Assembly (NCBI GenBank): GCA_965199495.1
Contig: CBDASK010000003.1
Span: 832,001-896,000, forward strand
DNA length: 64,000 nt
Direction of reading: 5' to 3'
Source of the DNA: Abditibacterium sp.
Lineage (GTDB): Bacteria > Armatimonadota > Abditibacteriia > Abditibacteriales > Abditibacteriaceae
Shown: piece by piece, positions 39,437 to 49,395 of the stretch
Position numbering within the stretch: position 1 is the first letter of the stretch
How the letters are laid out: each line of letters opens with the position of its first letter
Notes under the pieces: generated by a model
Told to the model about the DNA's origin: nothing
The model's database searches: none
The model's input: only the letters and a program-made list of their open reading frames with translations
Program-made: the position numbers and the translations under genes

Positions 39437-40591
39437 ATGACTAACCGCCACATTTCGCACCGACGTTCTCGTCAATCTCATCGCGCCTTTACGATCATTG
39501 AGATGATGGTCGCGCTCGGCATCTTGGCGATTTTGTTGGTCATCATCGTTTTGCCATTGCGCCTGGGTTTCGACTCGTTCAACGCGGGCAACGCGCGCTC
39601 GCTCACGCAAAGTTCGCTCGACTCAACGATGACGCAATTCGAGATGGATTTCCGCAACGCGGTTTACATCATCCCCAACGCGCCTGTGGCTGGTGTTACC
39701 AACAAAGAACCCTACACAACGGCGAACAATCCCAGTGGATTTCCCTATTATCTTTCGACCGATAACACGGACATCAAGGAACCCGGTAAGGGTGCGGCGG
39801 GTGTGCCCAACGGTATCGCGTGTTCGACCAGCTCTGAGCATTGGGCGAATACTTCGACGATTAGCATGATTCAAGTGCGTCGTGATGATAGTGGCAACGT
39901 GCTAACGCCGTTGGCGCCTTCGTATAATATCGTCACGTACTACGCGCGCCGCGCGCAGTTAGATAAGGACTACGATCCGATTGATAATCCGGTTGTGATG
40001 TATCGCGCCGAGTATCCGGCATTTGCCCCCAAGGGCACGGATCCCGATTCTCCACCCGCCCCTCTTTTCGTTCAATCCCCAACTGGAGCCTATAACGCGA
40101 AGGTTGATTTTAAACGTATTACCAGTGGGGACTCCGCTTGCACGACGGATGCGGCGTTGGTCAACCGTTCGGCGCTGTGGCTGAGCCATAATTATCTTGG
40201 CGAGGCCGATCTGTTGCCGCTCACTCGAATCGGAAAAGCGGGGACACCCGTCGAATTTACTCCGGCGACTGGCTACAGCCTCAAAGATTCAACCTATTCG
40301 CATACTCTGGCGATTCCACGCGGATTGGCGCTGGCTGTATCGAACGGCTTTCGTGCCGTGCCCAATTACGTGCCGGTGGCTCCAGAAACAAGGGACGCCA
40401 AAGCATCGTTGGTGCCCGACACGACATTTATCTGTGCCGACTCCAATGGCGATGGAAAAATTGATCGGATCACGATTTCGCTGGCGCTGGCTTCGTTTAG
40501 TGTGGGTGCGCAGGGCGAATTGAAAAATAATCAGCCCGTCGGCACCGTGCTACGAGCCACGCGCACAGTCAACTTGCCCAACATCCAGTAA
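39437..40591 (+). CDS. PilW-like minor pilin
   Basis: A|FTIIEMMVALGIL; DSNGDGKID loop near the C-terminus. Confidence 0.8.
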   Translation: MTNRHISHRRSRQSHRAFTIIEMMVALGILAILLVIIVLPLRLGFDSFNAGNARSLTQSSLDSTMTQFEMDFRNAVYIIPNAPVAGVTNKEPYTTANNPSGFPYYLSTDNTDIKEPGKGAAGVPNGIACSTSSEHWANTSTISMIQVRRDDSGNVLTPLAPSYNIVTYYARRAQLDKDYDPIDNPVVMYRAEYPAFAPKGTDPDSPPAPLFVQSPTGAYNAKVDFKRITSGDSACTTDAALVNRSALWLSHNYLGEADLLPLTRIGKAGTPVEFTPATGYSLKDSTYSHTLAIPRGLALAVSNGFRAVPNYVPVAPETRDAKASLVPDTTFICADSNGDGKIDRITISLALASFSVGAQGELKNNQPVGTVLRATRTVNLPNIQ

Positions 40592-40693
40592 TTTGCGCGT
40601 GATGCCAGCCAAAAGCATCTCGTTTTAGTGCGTTCTTCCCTTGCAGTGAGGAACAAACGTTCCATCTCCTCAAGTCTGAGGAGGATTTCCATC

Positions 40694-43600
40694 ATGAAAA
40701 GCCGTTTTCTTCTGCCCTCCAATTTGCCCGAAACTCATCACGCTCCAGATGCGCGACCCAAGGCTTCGCTTGCGCGGCGTTTTGAGTTGCGATACAACGT
40801 CTCGCCTCGTTTCGCGCGTCGCCGTCAACAGCGGCGCCAAGGTCAGGCGCTGTTGCTGGCGGTTTTGATCATGTTGCTCGCCGCTTTGCTGAGCGCGGGC
40901 TTTTTGGCGGTCGTGTCGGGCAACTTGAACCAGACGGCGCGCATCGCCGACAAAACCAAAGCCATCGAAGCCTCGCGCGCCGGAATTGTCTTCGCCAATG
41001 AGCAACTGTCGGGCAGCGCACAGGGCGATTTGTGGCGCCCGATTGATGTCAGCCCGGCGCCCAATACGACCGATGCGTCTTACGACTTTTATTACTCGCA
41101 ACTCGACAAAGCCCAGGGCTGGGCGGCCAAACGCCAGCCGCTACCGGGCGACGGCTTTCCCAACACCGATTACAATGTCCCGACTTATGGCGAAGCCGCA
41201 GCGATTTATCATTCGGACACTTACGCCAAGTTTCCCGCGCCCGACCAGCCCAGCAGTGACGCGCCCAAGTTTTTAGTGCGCGTGCAGGAAATCCCAATTT
41301 TACTGCCCAACGATCCCAACTACAACGCGGAAGAAGCCAAGCACGCGGGCGAACTAAAAATCACCTCCATCGGTTTGTCCGACGATGATCCAAACGTTTT
41401 TCATACTTCGATTGCCTATAAAAATGGACGACGCAAATCGCCGTGGGCCAGCGCACTGCGCTCGATTTCCAACTGGAATTTTGGAGCTAACAACACCGCT
41501 GTTGGTGTGCCTTACGCGACTGTTCTCGAACCTGTTACGGTCAATATGCCCACGAATAACGTGGCCGTTCAAGTCAATACTACAAATACCCCTTTGTTTT
41601 CAAAAGACGACTTGCCTACTAACGTTGTTCTCGTCAACAAGGCCGCCTCTCCTCCCACGGTGCGCGGCGCGGTTATCACCGACATCGGGCCGCCAGCGAC
41701 AACTCCGCCCACAGGTTCAACCGCAGCCACATTCAAATTCGCCCAATTGGACGCGCCAATTGACAAGAACGAAGTCGTCCAAAAAGCGGCGGCGATTGGC
41801 ACAGGCTTGAACATTGATTTGCTTAATACGGGAACGCCAACTGCTGTGGCAGCAAATTTTCCGAATTATGATCAACCCAATGGCATTTTGGCAAACGGTA
41901 GTCTGTGGTTGCAAAATCAGGTTCAACTCTCAAATTTGAGTAAATTTGGCACAAAGCTATTTGTTTCCGGTTCTCTGGCCATTGATGATAGCGCGTCTAC
42001 AGTCAACAAAGTTGTTTTGCCGGGTGGCGATGTAGGGACATCTCCAGGTGGCAATACGATCGTGCCATCGAATGTGAATTATCCCGGTAATAACATCGTG
42101 TTGACGGCGGCAGCGACCTCGGATGGCGTAAAAACGACCGACTTCGTCAACGATGGCTGGAACAAAATCGGCGCGCAAACTTTGGGATTGGATTATTCCA
42201 CCACGCGCGATGTCGAACCGTTTACTCCCGCCAAAATTGATAGCGCCACTAACTTGGAGCGTTATCGTTCGCTCACGCGCAACCCGTCCGATGGCGTTTA
42301 TATAGACAATCGCGATGATATTGAAAAAGTCAGCGACAACGCCTCAGCAATGCCGCCGACGTTCAAGGCGATGACCCAAGCGCAATTGGTTGAAATGTTG
42401 ACCTCGCCTCCACCAATTCCGCCAGCAACAGTGCCGACGGATTACACGCGCACGGGCACAGCCACGACGATGGCTGGAGCTTCATTGGAACAGCGCCATT
42501 TGCGCGGTTGGGTTGGCCCCGACGAATTCATGGCGCGCGGCGCCCTCGTCGAACTGATTCAGGCGCCGAACGCCAATCCCTACTTGCGCCTGACTTACGA
42601 TTCGCGCAGCGATGCGAGTTTTAATGGCTCCGATGCAACGAAGACTTTTCGTGACGCGAGCGGCAACCTTTTGCCCGGTGTCTACACGGAAAATCTGCCG
42701 TGGCCCAAAAACGGCATTCTCTTCGCCGAAGGCAATCTGCGTATTCGCGGGCAAGTCAACCTTTCTAATCTGACGATGGGCACAGACCCTAACGAGTTCC
42801 CTTCGCTAACTGTAGTTTCGCTGGGTAACATTTATATCGAAGGCCCGCTTTCAGTGGACAGAACCGATACGATGGGCAACGTTATTCCCGTGGCAAATCG
42901 CAAAAAGTTGATGTTACTGGCCAAAAAGAACGTCATCGTTAATCCCACGCGGGCCATTATGTCGCGTCTGGACACCCAGACCTTAACCAGCGGCACCGCG
43001 ACAGTCACGCCCGGAACGCTGCCAGCTCTCAATACGATCCAGATTCCCGTAAATAACGTTACCGGTTTTGAGCAAGGCGATTATATCGTCGCTGCGGGAA
43101 CTCCCAATCAAATCCGTGGCGTTGTGACAGCGGTTACCCCCATTACCAACAGCCCTGCGGGCACCATTGATGTGCAAACGCAGGATACAGGCGCAATTGG
43201 TGTGAACGCTCTGGTGCTTTCGCCGCTGGAAACCAGAGCGAGCGTTGGGACAGCTCCTAACTCCACGTTTTTCTCGCAAGTCACAGCGGTCAACGCGGTC
43301 AATCGCCGCATTCCTCTGGCTCCTGCGGCCTCCCCGAAATATCGCCTGGCGATGGATCACAGTGGCCAAAGGGTAACGGCTTTGCAAGTCAAAATAAAAG
43401 ATTTGCCATCGGACGCCGACACCTTCAATATTTTTCTTTCCAACAAGCGAAACCTGGATACCAACGGATTGTTTCAGGCGAATTTGGCAACCATAGATAC
43501 TGCAAACAAAAAGGTTCGCGTTGACTATGACGGGCCATCTCCTGCGGGCGTGGATGAATTTCCTCAAACGTACCCTACGACGCAGTCTGCAGCCGACGGC

Positions 43601-44728
43601 TTCAACATCGCAGCTTTGGAAGCGGAGATGAATGCGAAAACACATCCGGGAACGCCTCCGCCACCCAGTCCGCCGGGCTGGCAATACGATGTAACGCCAC
43701 CTTCAGCCACAAATGGAACTCTGCCGTTCTATTATTTGGCGGGTGTTGGTTTAAGTAACGCCTCCGGCGTGGCTTATACCAATACCAACGACTGGCGCAA
43801 GAAATTGACGACCACAGCGACATTTGATATTCCTCTGGCGAATTCCTTTGAGTTCGATCTCAATGGATTGGAACAAGGGCACTTTGGATTCAATCCCGAC
43901 TTCTTGGCCCCGACGGACTTACTCACGGTGGATGAATCCTTCTATCAGGCGGATACCGATGTCAGCAAAAATAGCACTTTGGATAGCCGCGCCTTGACAG
44001 GAACTTTGCCTCTGCAAAACGTCGTTTTGCGCCAGTCGCCGCAATTGTTTCTCAATACTCTGCCCGCTCCGCAACCGACTTTACCCGATGAACGGATGCG
44101 CGCGATGAAACTGGAAAACATAGATTTGACTGGGGCAACGCCGGTTATCCGGCCTTTTACAGATGCGATGAACATAGACGCGTTCGTCTACGCCCAAGAG
44201 GGCAGTTGGCTGGTTATCCCTGGAGACTACTTCCGCTCCACATCTCCGGTGCGCTCCGAAGTCGATGCCAGTGGAGCGGCCATTGGAACGTACATTGACT
44301 TCACACCTAACAATCAGCCCGATGCGGGCGAGTTCATTCTTGATACGAGTGTCACACCCAATGTCAAAGTTGCCGACCTCAATCGTAACGGTATCGTTGA
44401 TCCGGGCGAAAAAGAAGCGGCGCTTCGTTTCGTGAGATATAACGACTTTCAAATCCAATTCACCGGCGCCATCGTCGAAAATCAAACGCCGGTCGTCGCC
44501 GACATAAAATTGGCCAGCGCTCCACCAAATACGCCTCCTCTTGTGACAGGCGCCGTTCAAGATTGGATGGATAAGTGGGTGGCTTACGATAGCACTTCCG
44601 CCGGAACGGCTGCAGATCCCAAATGGAAATTTATCAATTACGTTTACGATCCGTCGATCGCCAACAATAGCCTTGGAGCAAATCAACTTCGGGTGCCCAT
44701 CACCGACGATTTGATTTACCAACAGTAG
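40694..44728 (+). CDS. Giant PilX-like minor pilin / putative tip adhesin, paralogue 1
   Basis: RRQG|QALLLAVLIMLL (no Glu5, PilX/GspK type), A..ASRAG..FA; RBS GAGGA. Confidence 0.8.
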   Translation: MKSRFLLPSNLPETHHAPDARPKASLARRFELRYNVSPRFARRRQQRRQGQALLLAVLIMLLAALLSAGFLAVVSGNLNQTARIADKTKAIEASRAGIVFANEQLSGSAQGDLWRPIDVSPAPNTTDASYDFYYSQLDKAQGWAAKRQPLPGDGFPNTDYNVPTYGEAAAIYHSDTYAKFPAPDQPSSDAPKFLVRVQEIPILLPNDPNYNAEEAKHAGELKITSIGLSDDDPNVFHTSIAYKNGRRKSPWASALRSISNWNFGANNTAVGVPYATVLEPVTVNMPTNNVAVQVNTTNTPLFSKDDLPTNVVLVNKAASPPTVRGAVITDIGPPATTPPTGSTAATFKFAQLDAPIDKNEVVQKAAAIGTGLNIDLLNTGTPTAVAANFPNYDQPNGILANGSLWLQNQVQLSNLSKFGTKLFVSGSLAIDDSASTVNKVVLPGGDVGTSPGGNTIVPSNVNYPGNNIVLTAAATSDGVKTTDFVNDGWNKIGAQTLGLDYSTTRDVEPFTPAKIDSATNLERYRSLTRNPSDGVYIDNRDDIEKVSDNASAMPPTFKAMTQAQLVEMLTSPPPIPPATVPTDYTRTGTATTMAGASLEQRHLRGWVGPDEFMARGALVELIQAPNANPYLRLTYDSRSDASFNGSDATKTFRDASGNLLPGVYTENLPWPKNGILFAEGNLRIRGQVNLSNLTMGTDPNEFPSLTVVSLGNIYIEGPLSVDRTDTMGNVIPVANRKKLMLLAKKNVIVNPTRAIMSRLDTQTLTSGTATVTPGTLPALNTIQIPVNNVTGFEQGDYIVAAGTPNQIRGVVTAVTPITNSPAGTIDVQTQDTGAIGVNALVLSPLETRASVGTAPNSTFFSQVTAVNAVNRRIPLAPAASPKYRLAMDHSGQRVTALQVKIKDLPSDADTFNIFLSNKRNLDTNGLFQANLATIDTANKKVRVDYDGPSPAGVDEFPQTYPTTQSAADGFNIAALEAEMNAKTHPGTPPPPSPPGWQYDVTPPSATNGTLPFYYLAGVGLSNASGVAYTNTNDWRKKLTTTATFDIPLANSFEFDLNGLEQGHFGFNPDFLAPTDLLTVDESFYQADTDVSKNSTLDSRALTGTLPLQNVVLRQSPQLFLNTLPAPQPTLPDERMRAMKLENIDLTGATPVIRPFTDAMNIDAFVYAQEGSWLVIPGDYFRSTSPVRSEVDASGAAIGTYIDFTPNNQPDAGEFILDTSVTPNVKVADLNRNGIVDPGEKEAALRFVRYNDFQIQFTGAIVENQTPVVADIKLASAPPNTPPLVTGAVQDWMDKWVAYDSTSAGTAADPKWKFINYVYDPSIANNSLGANQLRVPITDDLIYQQ

Positions 44729-44741
44729 ATTAATTCCACGC

Positions 44742-44774
44742 AAAAAAGACCGCAGCAGTGCTGCGGTCTTTTTT
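44742..44774. terminator. Intrinsic terminator closing the minor pilin operon
   Basis: aaaaaagaccgcagc-agt-gctgcggtctttttt. Confidence 0.88.
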
Positions 44775-44861
44775 GCATTCTGTATCTGAGCCATAATGCG
44801 TAAAACACTATAAATTTTTCCGTTGACACCTGAAAAATCCCGCGACCCGCCTATTGACAAC

Positions 44862-44890
44862 TTGCAAACAGCATTAAATATTCATAAAAT
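44862..44890 (+). promoter_or_regulatory. sigma70-type promoter TTGCAA-N17-TAAAAT for paralogue 2
   Basis: 17-bp spacing, AT-rich context, downstream of terminator. Confidence 0.55.
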
Positions 44891-44976
44891 TAAGCGCGCA
44901 AAAAGAAGGTACGTTGACCCACAATCTGGCGCTCTGAAGGAGCCAATAGTTCCCAGACGCGATAAGGATTTCACCC

Positions 44977-47900
44977 ATGAAAAGCCATATTCGTCCGAAC
45001 TCGCTCCGACTTGAAACCAACTATTCGCCTGTAATTCGTTCGGCCTATCCCGCCGTGGCTGTTAAATCGCGTCGCCAAGGTCAGGCGCTGTTGTTGGCGG
45101 TTCTGATCATGCTTTTGGCGGCGCTGTTGAGCGCGGGCTTTTTGGCGGTGGTGTCGGGCAACTTGAACCAGACGGCGCGCATCGCCGACAAAACCAAAGC
45201 CATCGAAGCCTCGCGCGCTGGGATTGTTTTCGCCAACGAGCAACTGTCGGGCAGCACGCAGGGCGATTTGTGGCGCCCGGTTGATGTCAGCCCCGCGCCG
45301 CCGCCGGGTGCGACGGGCTACGATTTTTATTACTCACAACTCGACAAAGCCCAGGGCTGGGCCAACCAATTGCCAGTCACAGCGCCCGGTTATCGCGATA
45401 CGGCCTTCGCCAAGTTTCCCGCGCCCGACCAGCCCAGCAGTGATGCGCCCAAGTTTTTAGTGCGCGTGCAGGAATTGACGACTGATCCGACGGCGCCCGA
45501 TTACGATGCCAATCACGCGGGCGAACTGAAAATCACTTCCATCGGTTTGTCCGACGATGATCCCAACGTTTTTCATACTTCAATTGCCTATAAAAATGGA
45601 CGACGCAAATCGCCGTGGGCCAGCGCACTGCGCTCGATTTCTAATTGGAAATTCGGCAACGACGCCAAAAATACCGGCGTGCCCTATGCGACCAAACCGC
45701 AACTTATAAGTGCGACGAGCTTTCCTGCGAATAACGTTGAGTTCGCTGTTGATGCCACCGACAAACCGTTGTTTTCGGATGACGATGTGCCATTCAACGT
45801 TGTTATCGTGAAAAAAGATGTGGCTCCCAGTGTGCGCGGCGCAGTCGTGACCAAAGTCAGCGCCGATGGAAAACAACTGACTTTTGCCCGACTCGAAACA
45901 ACAATTGGCGCGGACGAAACGATTGAAAAAGCGGCGGCGCTGGGCATCGGAGGCACAATTGATTTGCTCAACACCGGCACGCCGACGCCTTATGCGACCG
46001 ATCTGCCGCAACCCAACGGAATACTGGCCAATGGCAGTATTTGGTTGCAGGGGCAAATTCAACTCTCGAACCTGAGCAAAAACGGCACGAAACTGATGAC
46101 TTCGGGTTCGCTGGCGATTGATGCGACCGATACCGAAAAGAAGCCGGTGATGGAAAGTGGCGATGTCGGGCCGACAAATACGAACGATCCCACAAGCAAC
46201 AAAATCGTGGCTTCGAGCCAGACCAACTTTCCCGGCAATCTGGTTTTGACAAGCGCCGCCGCCTCGGACGGCGTAAAGCCGACCGATTTGATCAACGATG
46301 GCTGGGACAAAATTGACGCGCCAACGCTCGGTTTGGATTATTCGAGTGGGCGCGATGTGCAACCGTTTGCGCCAGTCAAACTCGATAGCCCGGAAAATTT
46401 AGGGCGTTATCGCGCCCTCGCGCGCAACTCGGCGGGCGGCGTTACCATTGATAATCGCGACGACATCGAGCGCGTCGGCACGAATCCGATGACGCAAAAG
46501 CAACTCGTCGAAATGTTGACTTCGCCCGCCACAGCAGCCACGCCGCCCGACACCGCGCGTTTGGGCGTGGCTGCTTTGCCAAGTGCGACGAACGTTTCGC
46601 TCGAACAGCGCCATTTGCGCGGTTGGGTCGGGACGGACGAGTTTTTGGCGCGCGGCGCTTTGGTTGAACTGATTCAGGCGACGGGCGATATTCCGCGATT
46701 GCGCGTCACGCTCGACGCGCGCAGCGACGCCAATCCCGACGGGCCAGACGCCAATAAAACGTTTCGCGGCGACAACGGCCAATTGCAAGCGGGCGTTTAC
46801 TCGCGCGTTTTCGAGTGGCCCAAAAGCGGGACTTTGCTGGCCGAAGGCAATCTGCGCATTCGCGGCAACGTCAATCTGTCGAATTTGCCGGCGGGCGCCA
46901 ACTCGGCGGATTTTCCCTCGCTGACGGTCGTTTCGATGAATAATATTTACATCGAAGGCGCGCTTTCCCTCGACAGCACAGACGCGGCGGGCAACCCAAT
47001 TCCCGTTTTGAATCGCAAAAAATTGATGTTATTGGCGCGCAAAAACGTCATCGTCAATCCGACGCGCGCCGTCATCGGGCGCACCGATGCGCAGACCATC
47101 GCGACTAACACGGCGGCGCTGACTTTTACCGGAACATCAACCGCCAAAACGCTGAGCGTCGCCAATAATTTGCTTTTCAACGCGGGCGATTACGTCACGA
47201 TTGGCATCGGCCAAAATAAAAGCGGGCGCGGTTTAATCACCGAAGTTGACCCCTTGAGCAACAATATCAAAATCAGTTCGCGGGACGTATTCACAGTTGC
47301 AGCCACGGCGCCGGGCGCGGTTTACAACGTGAGATCGTTGCTCGAAGCGCGCGCCTTCAATGCTCCGGCGAATCCCGCCGATAAAGTTTTCTTTTCCCTC
47401 GTGAAAGTTGAGAACGCGCCCGGTAGCGTCGAAAACGTGGTGAACCGACGCATTTTGGTGCCGTTCGCCGATAATACGACGCCAGCCTATAACAAAATCG
47501 TGCTCGATCATGTCGCTGATTTGAAGAAAAACGCGGGCGGTGAAGTCATCGGTTTGAACATCAAAGCGGAAGATTTCTCGGCAGCGTTTCCAAAGCCCGC
47601 CGATTTCACGGCGGTTTTGACCAACAAGCAATATCTGCTGGGCGCGACGCAAAATATAGATCCAAGTCGCGACGGCATCTCGTTGGCCAACAAGCTGTTG
47701 CGCACTTACAATAACTTCACGCCCAATAACACGAAAGTTCTGCCCGCCGCCCCGACTTCGGCGCTGACAATTCAGCAGTTACGCGCCGAAACCTCGATGG
47801 TCGCGCAGCAAAGCACAATGCCCGACAAAGGCTACAAATATACAGCCACGCCGGTTGATTTCCCCGAAGCGGGCGCCGATCCGACGAAAAGCCTCGACAA

Positions 47901-48963
47901 ATTACCCTACTACGCCTTGGCTGGCGTTGGAGTTCGCTACGAAACCGGCGAAACTTTCGTGGCCCCCAACACCTCGCCCGCTAACAACCGGCGCCAGGAT
48001 TTCAACACGGCGCAGGGCATCACTATTCCCATTGCGACTTCGATTGAGATTGATTTGAATGGCGCGAGTTCGTGGGCCATCCCCGATTCACAGTCGCTCA
48101 AGACGAACTATTTCGGCTTTAATCGCCTTCTGAGCGGCGCCGACGATGCGACGACGGTAGACCGCTCTTTTTATCAGCCCGCCGATTTAACAATCAGAAG
48201 CACGCTCGATGCGCGCGTGCTCGATTTCCTCGGTCATCCTCCGGTCAACGACATCAGCAGTTTCGTTTTGCAGCGCGCGGCGCCGACCAACGCGACGGCG
48301 GCGCCCGCGTTCGCCTTGTTACCGGATTATCGTTTGCGCGCGCTCAAGTGTGAATATACCAACCTCAACAGCAAGGCGATAAAACCTGTCGCCAACGCCC
48401 TCGAAATCAACGCGTTTGTCTATGCGCAAGAGGGCAGTTGGCTGGTCATTCCCGGCGATTATTTCCGTTCCAATCCCGCAGTGCGCGGCATCGGAGGCGC
48501 GGGTGGACTGACGGGCAGTTACATTGATTACAACGGCAACAAAGTGGCGGACGCCAACGAATTTATCTACGATGGCGTCGGTAGCGGATTGGGAAACCGG
48601 GTCGCCGATTTGAATCGCAACGGCATCGCGGACAAAGGCGAAAAAGAAGCCGCGCTCCGTTTCGTGCGCAGTAACATGGCGCCAATTCGGTTTTTGGGCG
48701 CCATCGTCGAAAACCAAACGGCTGTTGTCGCCGACGTGGCTGCTATTACCACTGGCAACGCGCCGATTGTCAAAGGCGCGGTGCAGGATTGGACGGACAA
48801 GTGGGCGACCTACGACGATAGCGCCGCCAGCAACGCGGATGTCGGCAAGCCTCAACTTTTTGGCTTCATCTCTTACGTTTACGATCCGTCGCTCGCCAAG
48901 GGAACTGCGGGCGCAAACCAATTGCGCGTGCCCATCACCGACGATTTGATTTATCAAGAATAG
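44977..48963 (+). CDS. Giant PilX-like minor pilin / putative tip adhesin, paralogue 2
   Basis: Colinear with 40694-44728 from RRQGQALLL to VPITDDLIYQ. Confidence 0.8.
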   Translation: MKSHIRPNSLRLETNYSPVIRSAYPAVAVKSRRQGQALLLAVLIMLLAALLSAGFLAVVSGNLNQTARIADKTKAIEASRAGIVFANEQLSGSTQGDLWRPVDVSPAPPPGATGYDFYYSQLDKAQGWANQLPVTAPGYRDTAFAKFPAPDQPSSDAPKFLVRVQELTTDPTAPDYDANHAGELKITSIGLSDDDPNVFHTSIAYKNGRRKSPWASALRSISNWKFGNDAKNTGVPYATKPQLISATSFPANNVEFAVDATDKPLFSDDDVPFNVVIVKKDVAPSVRGAVVTKVSADGKQLTFARLETTIGADETIEKAAALGIGGTIDLLNTGTPTPYATDLPQPNGILANGSIWLQGQIQLSNLSKNGTKLMTSGSLAIDATDTEKKPVMESGDVGPTNTNDPTSNKIVASSQTNFPGNLVLTSAAASDGVKPTDLINDGWDKIDAPTLGLDYSSGRDVQPFAPVKLDSPENLGRYRALARNSAGGVTIDNRDDIERVGTNPMTQKQLVEMLTSPATAATPPDTARLGVAALPSATNVSLEQRHLRGWVGTDEFLARGALVELIQATGDIPRLRVTLDARSDANPDGPDANKTFRGDNGQLQAGVYSRVFEWPKSGTLLAEGNLRIRGNVNLSNLPAGANSADFPSLTVVSMNNIYIEGALSLDSTDAAGNPIPVLNRKKLMLLARKNVIVNPTRAVIGRTDAQTIATNTAALTFTGTSTAKTLSVANNLLFNAGDYVTIGIGQNKSGRGLITEVDPLSNNIKISSRDVFTVAATAPGAVYNVRSLLEARAFNAPANPADKVFFSLVKVENAPGSVENVVNRRILVPFADNTTPAYNKIVLDHVADLKKNAGGEVIGLNIKAEDFSAAFPKPADFTAVLTNKQYLLGATQNIDPSRDGISLANKLLRTYNNFTPNNTKVLPAAPTSALTIQQLRAETSMVAQQSTMPDKGYKYTATPVDFPEAGADPTKSLDKLPYYALAGVGVRYETGETFVAPNTSPANNRRQDFNTAQGITIPIATSIEIDLNGASSWAIPDSQSLKTNYFGFNRLLSGADDATTVDRSFYQPADLTIRSTLDARVLDFLGHPPVNDISSFVLQRAAPTNATAAPAFALLPDYRLRALKCEYTNLNSKAIKPVANALEINAFVYAQEGSWLVIPGDYFRSNPAVRGIGGAGGLTGSYIDYNGNKVADANEFIYDGVGSGLGNRVADLNRNGIADKGEKEAALRFVRSNMAPIRFLGAIVENQTAVVADVAAITTGNAPIVKGAVQDWTDKWATYDDSAASNADVGKPQLFGFISYVYDPSLAKGTAGANQLRVPITDDLIYQE

Positions 48964-49022
48964 AATTTAAATCTTCGGACAAAATTAGGTTACGCCATTT
49001 CCGCGAAGGCTCATTGACGTTT

Positions 49023-49100
49023 TGCGGGGCTGACGCCCTCTTCCAATCTTGCGGTCTTTCGAGCAACTCATAGCGATTGGAAGAGGGCGTCAGCCCCGCA
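49023..49100. repeat. Inverted repeat (26-bp arms, CGCCCTCTTCCAA family)
   Basis: tgcggggctgacgccctcttccaatc / gattggaagagggcgtcagccccgca. Confidence 0.8.
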
Positions 49101-49200
49101 GGAGCTGTAGCGTAGCCTTCGCTTATGAAAATTTATCGCGCGTTTCCACAAGCCGAATTGGCCATGACAAGACTGTTGTGGCCAATTCGTTGTTTTAACC

Positions 49201-49395
49201 GAGATTATCGCAAATCCCTCGCATTCTCGCCATCGTTTTCGTCGTGGCGGGCAAGTTCTCTTCGTCTTCGTTGTGTTGATGATCGTGATTGCCGTATTGG
49301 GTTCGACTTTCGCCGCCCTGCTGGTTAGCGCGCAGATTAACCGGCCCGCGTGGGCGCCGGGGGAAATTCATCGAACAAACGCGTTGGCTGCTTGA
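49201..49395 (+). pseudogene. Start-less PilX-like N-terminal remnant
   Basis: Own translation: SHSRHRFRRGGQVLFVFVVLMIVIAVLGSTFAALLVSAQIN, resembling RRQGQALLLAVLIMLLAALLSAGFLAVVSGNLN. Confidence 0.6.
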
